Source: the human T2T-CHM13v2.0 reference genome, Homo sapiens
DNA length: 64,000 nt
NCBI RefSeq assembly: GCF_009914755.1
Contig: NC_060932.1
Reading direction: 5' to 3' (one strand)
The notes under the pieces were generated by a model, which saw only the letters and a list, made by a program, of their open reading frames with translations, had not been told where the DNA came from and ran no database searches. Each line of letters begins with the position of its first letter. Position 1 is the first letter of the stretch. Positions 11,800-25,370 of the stretch are shown piece after piece. Both the position numbers and the translations under genes were made by a program.

Positions 11800-12868
11800 A
11801 TATCTTCCATTAACGCTTTCTTCTCAGCTTCCTTCACTCTTCAGATCAATCCTTATATGTGAAAGTTCTTTCGGGGCCTGGCTCTGGCCCTATTTTTCTC
11901 TCAATTTACAAGATCCTCTTGGGCAATGTCATCCTGCCCACGGCTTCACTTTCTGCTCATTCATTAATCCTGAAGCATTTATTTCCAGCCTGGATACCTT
12001 TCTTGAGCTTCAAATTTGACCTGAATAGATCAAAGTCAACACAAAACAAATCTTGCATCTCTCCATAAAAATATCTTGCTGTTTCTCCTTTATGCTTTAT
12101 TGAGGTTCCCGGCAGCCCCTCCCCTCAAATCAGAAATTTGGGACTTATGCCCAGCCCTCTGACACTTTGTCTGCCTTAATTTTCTTCAAAACTGGCTTTA
12201 ACTATCCATTCTTATTTTTACTGCCTCAATTCAAATCCTCAGCCCTCAACCAGACCCTGGTAAGAGTTTGCCAATTGGTCTTCCTGATACCAGGTCTATA
12301 CCCACCCAATTTATCCTCTATAATCAGACAGAGATGATGCAATACATGAAATTCCCTGAAAAATATTTCAAGAACTTGTCTTCTAGCATACAGGACAAAA
12401 ATATAAATTTCTTAACATACAAAACCCTTCACCTGACATCTGCCTATTTTTCTAGCTTCATCTATCTTCCCCTTCCTTATTCCCTAACCCACATTCAAGT
12501 GGTCTTGACTGAACAGCTTATTTGAAGACATTCTTCACTCTGCCTGGAGAATTTATGATTATCCTATCAGCCTGGCAAACCCCTGGCCAGCCTGCAAGAC
12601 TCTACTCCCATGTTACCTCCTATGGGAAGCCTTGTCTGACTTTGCTATGAGCACAATTAAGCATTCCTGCACCAGTTATTTTTCTGTAACTCTTTTACAG
12701 TACATATCATATTCTATGATTATTTGTCTAAAATATGGTCTTTCCAACTGAACTGAGAACCCCTGATGGGCAGGGACTGTGCACTATTCATGGTTGTATT
12801 CCCAGGATCTCATAATGTGCCTGGAACATAGTGGTAATCAATTTGTTACATAAATAATTGAATAAATG
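11800..12868 (+). mobile_element. L2 3' region (about 1 kb)
   Basis: Pyrimidine-rich L2 body ending gtgcctggaacatagtggtaatcaatttgtt...tgaataaatg. Confidence 0.75.
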
Positions 12869-13177
12869 GGCCTGGCATGGTGGCTCACGCCTGTAATCCC
12901 AGCAATTTGGGAGGCTGAGGCAGGCAGATCACCCAAGGTCAGGAGTTCCAGACCAGCCTGGCCAACATGGCAAAACCCAGTCTCTACTAAAAAAACAAAA
13001 AAAACAAAAAAAACAAAAAATTATCTTGGTGTAGTGGCTCATTCCTGAACTCGCAACTACTCGGGAGGCTGGGCACGAGAATCACTTGAACCCAGGAAGC
13101 AGAGGTTACAGTGAGTCAAGATCATGCCACTCTACTCCAGCTTGGGCAAGTGAGCGAGACTCTGTCTCAAAAATAAT
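12869..13177 (+). mobile_element. AluS (Sx/Sz-like)
   Basis: Full dimer; 16-bp TSD aataattgaataaatg at 12853-12868 and 13178-13193; expanded A-rich linker. Confidence 0.97.
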
Positions 13178-13808
13178 AATAATTGAATAAATGGATAAGT
13201 AAAGAACATTTAGAAGAACATGAATATAGCTATACCTATGAACCAAATCCCAACTAACCATAATCTCAACAGATTTAAAACAAACTAACATTTAACTCTC
13301 TTACATTTACAGCGAAGGAGATACAGAGCTCATCTAGAGACGCTTGTGTCTACTCAAGTCCTGCCACCTTGGAGGTCTACTAGGACCATGTAGGGTCACC
13401 ATAGATGCTGTCTACTAGTGTTATGCACAACATAACTGCCCAAAACTTTAATTGCCAGTATTCTATAGTCAGAATTATCTCAGCAGGAGAATCTATGGAG
13501 AAAACAAGATTATAATGAGAAAATGTCCTTGATAAACACGCAATTAGAGGAAGAGGAGTCGGCTTAACTTACTCATCCATCCAACCACTCAGCACTCTCT
13601 CTGTATCCTTCCTGAGTTGACGGAAATGGCCCCAAAGACTAGCCAGGGTGCCATCTTCTCTAGACAGTGATAGAGATGCTCTGAAAAATTGTATTTCTTT
13701 AGCTTCTCATTTTCTAGACTTTATGCAGACAATCCCCTTGTGTTCACTTGGAAGACACAACTGACCAGGTCTCAACGTTAGACATGTTAATATAGTCATA
13801 TACATTCT

Positions 13809-14580
13809 TTTTTTAACTTTTACTTTAGGTTCAGGGGTACATGTACACATATGTTATATAGACAAATTAAGCATCATGAGGGTTTGGTGTACAGATTATT
13901 TTGTTACTCAGGCAATAAGCATTGTGCCCGAGAGGTAGTTTTTCCATCGTTACCCTCCTCCCGCCCTCCACCCTTGGTGTCTATCATTCCCTTCTTTGTG
14001 TCCATATGTACTCGGTGTACTCTCACTTATAAACGAGAACACGTGGTATTTGGTTTTCTGTTCCTGTGTTAATTTGCTTAGAATAATGGCCTCTAGCTCC
14101 ATCCATCTTGCTGCAAAGGACATGATCTCGTTCTTTTTTATGGCTGCACAGCATTCCATGGTGTATATATACCACATCTTCTTTATCCAATCTACCACTG
14201 ACAGACATTTAGGTTGATTTCATGTCTTTGCTATTGTGAATAGTTCTGTGAGGAACATACGGTTGCATGTGTCTTTATGGTAAAACAATTTATATTCCTC
14301 TAGGTCTATACCCAATAATGAGATTGCTGGGTCGCATAGAAATTCTCTTTTAAGTTCTTTAAGAAATCACCGAACTGCTTTCCACAGTGGTGGAACTAAT
14401 TTACATTCCCACCAGCATTGTAAGCATTCCCTTTCTATACAACCTTGCCAACATCTGTTGTTTTTTGACTTTTTAATAATAGCCATTCTGACTGGTGTGA
14501 GATGGTATCTCATTGTGGTTTTGATTGGCATTTCTCTAATGATTAATGATGTTGAGCATTTTTTATGTGCTTGTTGGTCA
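13809..14580 (-). mobile_element. L1PA13-16/L1PB 5'-truncated 3' end
   Basis: Minus-strand translation WIKKMWYIYTMECCAAIKKNEIMSFAARWMELEAIILSKLTQEQKTKYHVFS; degenerate TSD agtcatatacattctt / agtcatttgcattctt. Confidence 0.95.
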
Positions 14581-15469
14581 AGTCATTTGCATTCTTAACA
14601 CTACACTTGGGTTAATTAAATATCTCAGCCACTATGTTCAAATTATTGCTTAGGAAAAGTTAGTTTTCTCAGGAAATTGATCTCACCCAAAACAAGTTTT
14701 CCTAAGCCTTGAGGGGAGCCTTATTGTTGTGCCTTTGTGCAGAATTCACTATTTTTGGGAGATATAAACATTCTAGAGTATTAAAGCTTCACTCTAGTGG
14801 GAAGCATTTAACACAGATGAGGCTAAATAGAAAAATACACTAAATAGGTAATAGTAATAATATAAATTGAGCTGGTGTCTTTCTTTTTTAATTGTTGGGG
14901 ACTCAGTTATAGAATGGGAGGATCACAAAGCTTCTGAAAGGAAGAACCCATCCATGTAGGCCAGGATTCATCAATCTCTCCATCCCAAGATGTCTGTCTT
15001 CCCCTCAGCATCACAGGACACTGGTTCAGGCCCTGGGGTGGAGGAGATAGCTGGCGTGGGCTAGAGAGGGGGAACCACCTCCCACCAGAGGAACTGGAGG
15101 GCTGAGTGGTGGGCTGAGGGCCACTGGGAAAGGGAAAGCCCCTCGGCTGACACACCTGTGAGTGTTAAACATGCACAGATGGGAAGCCTGTGTTTACCTA
15201 TGATTTGGACACAGGATTAGAAGGTCACATTCAAAAAATGCCTCCTAAGAACCCCCTGGAGGGAACAGACTTTGGGTTAAAGCATTTTCTGAAGAGACTC
15301 AAAGCAAGTTCTTCTCTTGTTGAGAGATAAGATAAATGAGGACCCTCACTCTTGGCCTTTTTCCCCCTACTTATAGTTTCTACAGATGCTTGGAGTCATA
15401 TGATCTACTCTAAGCAAATTCTGACTGAGGTACGACAGGAGGGATCCAGGTTCTGTGAGGCCTGAAAAC

Positions 15470-15560
15470 AATACGGTTATTGTAAGGATTAAGAGAGACA
15501 ATATATGTAATCTTTGGCTTGATGCTTTGCACAATGTAAGGACTCAATAAACAACAGTCA
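15470..15560 (+). mobile_element. MIR 3' fragment
   Basis: ggttattgtaaggattaagagagacaatatatgtaa...ctcaataaa. Confidence 0.6.
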
Positions 15561-16602
15561 CCTAAGGGATAGGTCATGAAGCAAGGAGTCCAGTGAGGAT
15601 ATTCCCTCAACAGTGTGGGCCAGAGATGAGAAAGCTTACACTGGCACTGTTGTTTGGCAGCAAAGATGGAGATGGAGAAGGTGGAACAGTGCTGGAAGAA
15701 ATTAAGAGGACAGGAATAGTAGGGTGTGCTTGATGATTGGATTCAGAGGATGATTTGAGAAGTGGGAAGAGGGAAGTGCCAGCCAAAAAACTGAGGAAGA
15801 ACAAACAGAGCACCAAGCATCAAGTAGTGATCACTGAATGACTCAATACTGCCCAGCATGGACACACCTAGGAAATGTTAGCCAAAGAAATGTTATAATT
15901 GTCTAAGTGTATAAATGTCAAATGAAGGGGGCAATGTATAAATTTTATTTTAAAAATAAATATTTTTATTCATAGTTATAGTCTCATATGAATTAAAGTA
16001 CTGAAAAATGACTTAATTACCCAAAAGTGTCATCATCGTGTAATAAAAATAAACTAGAAAAGAATGTTACGATGGCTAGTAAATTATTAGAAATATAGAC
16101 AAAAGACAGAATTAAATCACCACTTTATATTTTTTTCAGGAAAAAAACATTTTTTCAAGTAGAGAATCTCATATGCTTACCTGTTAATAAACAACAATCC
16201 AGTTGGGAAAGGATATTTGATTGGAAGTCAGTGTACTAGTCTCAGTTCCTTAACTTACCCTATGACCGCTAGGGAATTACTTACTCAGTTTCATGCTATG
16301 TTGAAATTCTAACACTAGTTACGCTGATGCATATAGCAGAGGCAACAAGGAGTCAAGCAGATAGGTCATCAGGAAAAGAGAAGACACCTGGTATGAAATA
16401 TACTCATCATTAGCACAGAATAAATCAAGATAGGCAAGTAGGCTCTGATTTCCCATGTTATGCTAATAGAGACATTAATAAATCACAGCATCCTTTCCCA
16501 CTGAACCCAAACATACACTTCACAGTTCAATGCTCTAAGTAGCCATTGGCAATCAAGAGTTGACATCACAGAAAAAATCTATCCATCATCTTAGTTTTTC
16601 AA

Positions 16603-16984
16603 TCAGTATAGTGTAGGTGATGCTTCAGTAATAAATAACTCCAAATTCTCAGTAGCTGAAAACAACAGAGATTCATCTTTTGTTTAGATTACACATCCTT
16701 TAACAGCTGGCTAGGGACTTTGCTCCACATCATGATCATGCTCACTTCAAGGCCCTAGCTAATGGAGTACACTTATCTGGAACACTGCCAATCAGAGAGG
16801 CAAAGGAGATGTGTGGAAACACAAACTAGCTCTGAAGGCCCCATACTTCTGCTCACCTCCCATCGATCAAAGGAAATCATACAGCACAGCCATACCTAAC
16901 ATCTAGTGGACAGGGAGATACAATCCCATCATTGGCCTGGAAGGAAACAGCCCGAACACTAGACCAGCCCTGATGACTGTCACA
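16603..16984 (-). mobile_element. Old MLT1 (J/K/L-type) MaLR LTR
   Basis: taggtgatgcttcagtaataaataactccaaattctcagtagctgaaaacaac...acttctgctcac. Confidence 0.7.
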
Positions 16985-17099
16985 CTGGTATAGACCCAGA
17001 GGAATCTGGCCCAGCTGCAAAGCCCAGCTCCAATGGTACAGTCAGATCAGTAAGCCCCACGCTTATTGGTAGTCTAGTCTATAGTTAGTTCTTAGGAGC

Positions 17100-17560
17100 T
17101 TAAAGTCTATTTTAGAGGGGCTTTAGAGGGAGAATAATGTTCAAGAAAACAGGCAATTATAATACAGAAGAATGAAGAGCTACCATGGGGTTATCGGATG
17201 CAGTACGAGAACATACAAAGGGCACTGAACCCACACCAGAGGGATCAGAAAGGGACAATATCTAAGCAAAGACCTAGAGAATTGGTAGTAGTATGCTGAA
17301 TATAATGAGGGGAAGGAAGGAGAAAGAGCAGCTCATCTGCAGGCAACAGTGTGTGCATGACCAAGGAGCAAGAGTGAACACAGCCAGCTGCAGGAATGGC
17401 CTGAGGCAGGTATGACCAAGACTGCCAGGGAGAGGGAATGGAGGGGAGGGGGACTCAATCACAAAGGGCCTTGGTAGCCATGCAGCGGACTGTGGGGAAT
17501 CAGGAGGCAGGACCAGGGTTATGTAGAGGAACCCTATAACCAGACTTACATTTTAGACTT
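17100..17560 (-). mobile_element. L2 fragment
   Basis: aaacaggcaattataatacag...ggcaacagtgtgtgcatgacc...cagacttacattttaga. Confidence 0.6.
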
Positions 17561-19879
17561 ACCCAGGGTCACAAAGCAAGAAGCTAGCAGAAATTCTGCT
17601 TAAAACTAAGTCTGCACAGAGTTATTTTGTTGAGAACATTTTGTGGCAAAACTTACGGAAGAGACTGCATATGTGGTCACTTGAAAATGAAGGAAACGAT
17701 GTCTTTTTCAGTGAGATGTATTTAAAAATAACTTCCAAATATGTCTTGTTTTTCCTTGGCCTTATTTAGGAAAATATCTTTAAAAGCAGAACAACATGCC
17801 CAGTGCAAAGCATTGACTCCCTCATCAAGAACTAATGAGAGGGTCAAATTAGATCAAGACCCAAGTTGGCCACAGACACAAGCCTGTAAGATGCTTCTGG
17901 CCTTCACACACAGCAGGGGCATCTGCTGGTGGGACTTGAGAGACAGGCTCCAGTTCTCTGAAGGGCTTCCCCAGAACTGGAGAATGAGGAATTCCATGTG
18001 TGCTCACATATGCATTCTGCATCTTCATCTGCCGCATGAACTGAATCCTGAAAGGAACATCTGCCTAGCAGGGAGTGCAGATGGCCAGATCTCACTGAGT
18101 CAGCAAACAGAGCCCTTGCAAGGGGTCGGTCCTCAGGTACAGATGGCCTCCAGGGGAGCCTCCCACCTCGGAGGAAAGCTGCTAGCATCCTGGAGTTCCT
18201 AAGCATGAGAGAGCCAGGTAGTCCAAAATATCTACAGGAAGAGGATTCCACCTGTGCCATCTCAGAAGCCAGGTCTTCTTGGAAGATCTATGCTGTTTCA
18301 AAGGCTTTCCCACAACCCAGAACATCACTAAAGAGAATGAAATTCATTTCAGACTTCTGTTTCCTGAAGTTAATCATACGGTTCCATATAGTGGCTCCCT
18401 ATCGGTTCTAAGCAATATGCCCTTTGAGGGTCTTTTCAATTCACTTGTGACCTGCTTTCGATCCATTTTGCATAGGCCTCCAATTGCTAGGTATTTTCAT
18501 ATGAAACTCAGTATAAGACAGATTTTCAGTTCTTTCCTTGTCTCTGTCAGAAGCAGAATGGCAAGCAGAAATGTATACTGGGTTTCTTTTCTTGAATGGT
18601 TTTCATTTTCACTCTTCACAGCAGTGGGATTCTTTGTGGCAAGGATTACCCAAAAAACATGAACCCTTCTTCCTGAGGTTTGCCCAACTCCACAAACTTC
18701 AAATTTGAGAACTCTGAATTCTTACTGCATCATTATGTGCACAGAATCATGCATTTTTATAGGCTTAGATATATGCATTATGATTTTTTTTAATCTAAGG
18801 ATTTTGATTTCAAAAGTAAGCTCTGTTACAAAACTGTAGTCTTTTCTTTGAGAAAAAGATTCATATTATAGTCCATGTACAAAAAAAAACTCAACAAAAA
18901 TTATGCTATAATGTAGCATAAAACATATTTTCAAAATACAGACATTTACATATTTCTTTCAAAATGAAACTACTCTACACCAACTGGAAGAGATGATCTC
19001 ATGAGAAATGGCAACATCAATTGTTCATACTAGCTGCAAATTTTACAAATTTGTCCTGGGTTTATAGCTACTTCCAAGGCAGTATCACTCTACAGCATCA
19101 AGAGGGCAAACTTAAATTAGAAAAAATACATTCTTCATACGAATCCACTGGGATCCCAGCCAAAACACTTGCAGGTTAACATAAGAATGGGTTCGGGCAA
19201 AGAAAGAAATGTGGTTTCACTTTAAGTTAATTCAATATCAGTCTAGTTGGGCTGAATTTCTGATTAGTTTAAGGTAAATGATCTTTATTTTCTTATTTTG
19301 GGAGGACAAGCAGCTGCTTCCCTTCCTTTCTTACATTGAATTATTCATTCTTTCCCTCTTGTGCCCCTACAAAGCATGACAATCCATGCATTTTCTAACT
19401 GGCTTAGTAAAAGGTTACTTTCTGCTCAACCCTTTTACTGTTGGTCAAAGAAGTAGTTGTCACTCACAAGATAGAGGGCATTATGTTGAGCAACTCATTA
19501 AAATGGCCAAAGCCACCCAAGTCTGCAACTGGCTGACAAGGAACCTCAATATTAAAATTTCTAAAACAACAGGCAATTCAGAACATGAGCTTTAGAGAGC
19601 TAAAAATGCAGTGATACTGTTACTGTCTTGATTGTCTGAACAACCTATTTGAGGCTGCACAGCATCCTCTACTTGGGAGAAAGGCAGAAAGTGTTGACTA
19701 CTAGACTCAGCTGTCTCTTTTGGAGCCAAGGCATGAAGCAGTCTTGATTTACCACCAGATCACAAATATCCACCTCAACATATTTTTAAATGTGGGTTTT
19801 ATTACTATTCAGGTGTGAAAAGGCCAACAGTTCAAGAGACAGTGGCCATTGAAAAGATAGTACATTCTTTTCAAAAGGA

Positions 19880-20170
19880 ACTATTACGGTACATTGTGTC
19901 TTACAATTTTTTAAGTCAATCATGTATTGTGAATACTTCCCCATGGTATTAAATAATATTTTACCACATATTTTTAATAGTTTCAAAGTATTTAACAAAT
20001 AAATGTGGGGTATTTATGATTCAATTTCCTATTGTTGGGCCAAGTTTGGTACTAGCATGATGCTACAATGAACATTCCCATAGCAATACCCTTGTCTGCT
20101 TTTATAATCTCCTAGAATTAGAATTGCTGGATTAAGAGTATTCATGTGCTTAACACTTTTTGTACTCATT
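19880..20170 (-). mobile_element. Old L1ME 3' fragment
   Basis: tgatgctacaatgaacatt...cctagaattagaattgctggatt. Confidence 0.55.
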
Positions 20171-20704
20171 TGTCTTAGTCCATTGAGGTTGCTATAACAA
20201 AATACCATAGACTAAGTGACTTATAAAGAATAAAAAATTGTCCCTCTCAGTTCTGGAGTCTGGAAAATCCAAAATAAAGGTGCTGGCAGATTCGGTGTAT
20301 CATGAAGGCCTATTTCTTTGTTCCTAGACAATGTCTTCTCGCTGTGTCCTCACATGATGAAAAGTAAGAATGCTGGTCTCTTCGGACTGTTTTAAGAGCA
20401 CTAATCCGATTCATGGGTGCTCCGCCCTCACAACCTAATCATCTCCCACAGGCCTTACCCAAAACCATCACAGTGGGAATCAGGTTTCAACATATGAATT
20501 TTGGAGCATGGTGACACATGCCTGTAATCCCAGCTACTCCACAAACTGAGGTGTGAGAAATGCTTGGGCCCAGGAGTTTGAGTCCAGCCTGGACAACACA
20601 GCAAGGCCCCATCTCTAAAAAAGCAAAGTAATAATAATGTAAATAAATAAATAAGATAAAACATACGAAATTTGGGGGGGCACACAAATATTCAGTCCAT
20701 AACA
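20171..20704 (-). mobile_element. MLT1A/A0 MaLR solo LTR interrupted by FLAM
   Basis: tgtcttagtccatt...gctataacaaaataccatagact...cacaaatattcagtccataaca. Confidence 0.9.
20503..20658 (+). mobile_element. Free Alu monomer (FLAM_A-like)
   Basis: Single monomer cctgtaatcccagctactc...cccaggagtttgagtccagcctggacaacacagcaag with A-rich tail; degenerate TSD aacatatgaattt / aacatacgaaatt. Confidence 0.85.
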
Positions 20705-21385
20705 TCATTCATTTGCTCAACAAATATTTATTGAGATAAATGGTATCCTGGGCATGCTGAACTACTCAGACCAGGCTTTGGTCCACATGCAGCTTACACT
20801 TGTGGATGAGGCAGACAATTCACAATGAAAAAGTAAATTCATGATGTGATTGCAGAGAGTTATGAGTGCTTCAGACAAAAGTAAAGTGATGGGGCCTCGA
20901 TATTTTGCAGAGCATGGTTAGAGAGTCTGTCTGAGAGCATGACTTGTGAGCAGAGACCATCTCTGTGGGTGTTCCAGGCAGAGAGAAAAAAACAGGAAAA
21001 ACTCGAGCTTGGCCCAATTGAGGACTTGTCAGGCCAAGGTGGCTGGAGTGGAATGGGCCAGAGGAGGAATATGGGGAAGGTCAGCAGGAGCTAGACCACA
21101 AGGTTCTAACCACAGTGGGAAGCTCTTTGCACAGGAGAGTGATATGATTGGCATTCCACACTAAGAACACCATTCTGGTTGCTGGGTGGAGAATGGATGA
21201 TGGAAGCTGAAGTTCAGTTAGGTGTGTGTTGCAATAGTTCAGACAAGGATAAAAGCGTTTGCCCTGGGGCAAGGAGATAGCGGGGACATTTCTGAATGTG
21301 TATTTCAAGACAAAGACCACAGACTTGCAGATGGACCAGGTACGAAGCATGAGGGAAAGATGGTCAATTGAAGATGCCCTCTAGA
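20705..21385 (-). mobile_element. L2 3' region
   Basis: Begins attcatttgctcaacaaatatttattgag, the reverse complement of the L2 tail. Confidence 0.75.
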
Positions 21386-21581
21386 AAAGCCGTGGCACTC
21401 AGCACCATAGACCCTCCTTCCCCACAATCTCACCAGCACTATCGTTTTCCTCTTTGCCAAATTGATAAGGAAAATATTTTTAATTGTTTTCAGTTTCTTA
21501 TTATTGAGGTTAGGCATGTTTTGGGTTTATGTGTTTATGTGTGTTTCTTTGATTGTAAAAATAATATTTTTAGCTAAAATT

Positions 21582-21885
<304 letters not shown>

Positions 21886-22044
21886 TAAAATTATTTATCT
21901 GAGAAACAGTAAAGATCGAGGTATGTCTTCCTCAATCGGATGTGAGTTTCACAAAAGCAAAGGACAAAATAACCTTGTTTGTTTTAGTCACTGCTCTATG
22001 TCTGGCACCTAAAACAGTGCCTACCACACAGCGATGATAAAAAA

Positions 22045-22250
22045 TGCTAACACTTAGAAACCTTAATTTGTGCCAGGCACTCTTCTAAGTGCTTCTCATG
22101 CAATGACTCTTATATTACAACCCATTACAGATGAAGAAACTGAGCCACAGAAAGGTTAAGTAATTTGCCTAAAGACACACAGCTGGTAGGTGGTGGAGCT
22201 GGGGTCTGACTTTAGAGTTCAACTCTTAACCACTGTGTTCTACTGCCTTT
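22045..22250 (-). mobile_element. MIR
   Basis: acagatgaagaaactgagccacagaaaggttaagtaatttgcctaaagacacacagct. Confidence 0.85.
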
Positions 22251-22719
22251 CAATAGTAAGTACCAAGAACCATCTGAGCATAAATTAATTTTCCAATCGT
22301 GAAAGGTGAATAGTAGTATCTATTTAATCTTAAGTGTTTGGAAGAGAAGCATGAGAGTACTTCAATAACTAAACAAAACTAAATAACCCAACACACTACA
22401 GAAATCCAGGATATAGTTATTAGAAAAGAGAAATTATTTAAAACACATATGGGAATAAGAAAAGGCTTAGTACATTTGAACTCTAGGATTATGCTTCAAA
22501 TTCTCATCAATGAACTCTGTCTGTGGTTAAAGACCTGGAGGTGTTAAATGAGACTCTAGAATAAACATTAGTCTTCCGCTCCTTCCCTACACTTGAAAAA
22601 GCTCAAATCCATCCCATACTCTCTGCTAATTAGTCCTCCCAAAACATTGCTGAACACACGTCCTCATCGTCTTCTCAACAGCCTCTCCCCATTATGGAAC
22701 ACTTTGTTTGTTGAAAGAA

Positions 22720-22896
22720 GTGTGGCATACAAGGGAAACAGCTCGCATTAGCTCCAGGGAGTGCTGAGTTTGAATCTCAGCTTTCCTAGTGACTAGCAGA
22801 GTGACCACGAAAGGACCATTTAGTTGACCATCCTCCATGTCTCAGCTGTAAAATAGCAATCATAGGCAATTGTCAGGATTGAGTAAGATGAGGTGT
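22720..22896 (+). mobile_element. MIR
   Basis: ctgagtttgaatctcagctttcc...actagcagagtgacc. Confidence 0.6.
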
Positions 22897-23401
22897 GTAC
22901 AGTGGTTAATTTTGTGTCTGGGCCACAAGGTACCCAGACATTTGGCTAAACATTATTCTAGGCAAGTCCGTGTGGGTGTTTTTGGCTAATATTAATATCA
23001 GAATTGGTCAAAAAGTAAAGCAGATTGTACCCCGGTTTTGTGGGTGGGCCTCATCCAGTCTAAGGCCTGAATAGAACAGAAAGGCGGACCCTCTGAGTGA
23101 GAGAGAATTCTTCCTGCCCAATAACCTTCTAACTGGGACACTGCCTCTTTTTTTATGACTTCAGACTCAAACTGAAACATCAACTTCAGTTCCCAACAAT
23201 TCCTGGGCCTTCAGGACCCATCAGTTCCTGGGTCTTGAGCTTAACAGCCTTTGGACAGGAACTGCACCATCAGCTCTCCTAGTTTTCAAGCCTTCAGACC
23301 CAGACTGGAGACAGACCATTGGCTCTCCTCGGTCTCTAGCTTGCTGATTCAACCTCCAGATCTGAAACTTGCCAGCCTCCATGATTGTGTGAGCCAATTC
23401 C

Positions 23402-23436
<35 letters not shown>

Positions 23437-23513
23437 AGCACACACACACGTATATATACACATACATACGTATATATGTATATATACACATACGTATATA
23501 TATACATATATAC

Positions 23514-23546
<33 letters not shown>

Positions 23547-23620
23547 GAGAGAGAGAAAGGATAGAGATGATACAGATATTGATTCTGTTGACATTGTTTC
23601 TCGGGAGAACCCACACTTGA
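22897..23620 (+). mobile_element. MLT2B-like ERVL LTR with internal microsatellite
   Basis: gtggttaattttgtgtc...cccagacatttggctaaacattattct...gcctccatgattgtgtgagccaattcc...gtttctcgggagaaccc. Confidence 0.9.
23401..23556. repeat. Compound (TA)n/(CA)n/(TG)n/(GA)n microsatellite
   Basis: Directly visible. Confidence 0.95.
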
Positions 23621-24285
23621 AACAGGATGCTATCTCTCCCCCAGTACATGCAGTAGCTACTCAGCAGATGTGCATCACAGCCAGACATTTCTGGATTTCA
23701 TTTCTGCTCTGCCATTGTTAGGTGTATAATCAGGGCAAGGCAAGTTAAAGTCATCTGTGCATGCTATAATTTCCTTATCTTTAAAACAGAGGCAATACAT
23801 TGTTTTTAAACCTGTTAAGATGATTAAATAAATAAGTTACGTAAATAATCCATAACAATGATAAGCTCTCAGGAAGAAGCCTGGGAATGTTTTGTTCCTT
23901 TAATACATCACTTAGTCCATTCACATTCAGAGATAAAGGCTGTTGAAATATTGGCCTTTTTCCATTCAATAACTTTCATCCCACATATTTTTCCTATACA
24001 TGTCAGTCATAAGTCTTAGTGTGCTTTGCTTTAGAATGGCACCTTAAATTATATTCTTTGACATAGACACATTAAATAGGCAGTGTTGTATCTCTACCTA
24101 GTAATCACTACTTCATTTCCTCCCAGCTTCACCTGTACCTGGGGCCCTCGACCATTTGTTTCACCCCAGCCTCCTCCTCAGTGGTCATCTCTACATGGAG
24201 TCCACTTCATTGCCACCACAGCAGCAAGTATTACAAAAGCACAAACCCTCTTACCAGTATATTTCTTATTGCCTTAGTGAACTGA

Positions 24286-24700
<415 letters not shown>

Positions 24701-25002
24701 GCTGCATTTTTTAACAGCTTTACTGAGATATAATGCACAAACCAGCAGATGTTTAATAGATATTTGTTTTAGCAAATGTTACTGAATATGTTCAATATGT
24801 CATTGCTAATTGAATTAGCAAATGTTATTGAAGTTATCTAAAAGAATCAATCTGCATGGCTATAATGTCTTCAAAAGAAAATAAAGCGTATAATTTTTTT
24901 GCCATAATAATACAGTTGTTTGGTTCCAAAGTGGATAACACCCAGCCTAATTTTTTCAGTTAACCTAGTATTTCTATCTTGTAGGTGCCAGTCTGTAAAA
25001 TA

Positions 25003-25370
25003 GTGGTTCTCAATCAGAATCACCAGGGAAATTTGTTAAGGCACAGATGGTTAGACTCCACCCTGAGAGTCTGTCATTCAGTAGGTTTGAGGCAGGGCTC
25101 AGGAATCCACATTTATAATAGAACAGATGGACATATAAAGGAGAACAAAACACACTGAGGCCTTTCAGAGGGTGGAGGGTGGGAGGAGCAGGGAGGATGA
25201 AATAATCTGTACAACAAACCCCCATGACACAAGTTTACCTACGTAACAAACCTGTACTTGTACCCCTGAACTTAAAATAAAAGTTAAGAAAAATTAACCA
25301 CCAACAAAAGAGAACCTGCATGTCTAACAATTTCTCAGATGAGGCTGATGCAGCAAGTCTAGCTAGCACA
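25003..25370. mobile_element. MER5A (hAT-Charlie) split by an L1 3' end
   Basis: agtggttctcaa...cagaatcaccagggaaatttgttaa; resumes ctgcatgtctaacaa...gatgaggctgatgc. Confidence 0.75.
25120..25305 (+). mobile_element. L1PA/PB extreme 3' end
   Basis: aataatctgtacaacaaacccccatgacacaagtttacctacgtaacaaacctg...aacttaaaataaaagtt. Confidence 0.9.

Noticed and set aside
17741-18662. Cluster of 118-153 aa ORFs in unique sequence
   Set aside because: They overlap on both strands with no recognisable domain or exon structure, consistent with chance in moderately GC-rich DNA.
23221-23688. Longest ORF (155 aa) and overlapping ORFs
   Set aside because: Artefacts of stop-free dinucleotide microsatellite inside an MLT2 LTR.
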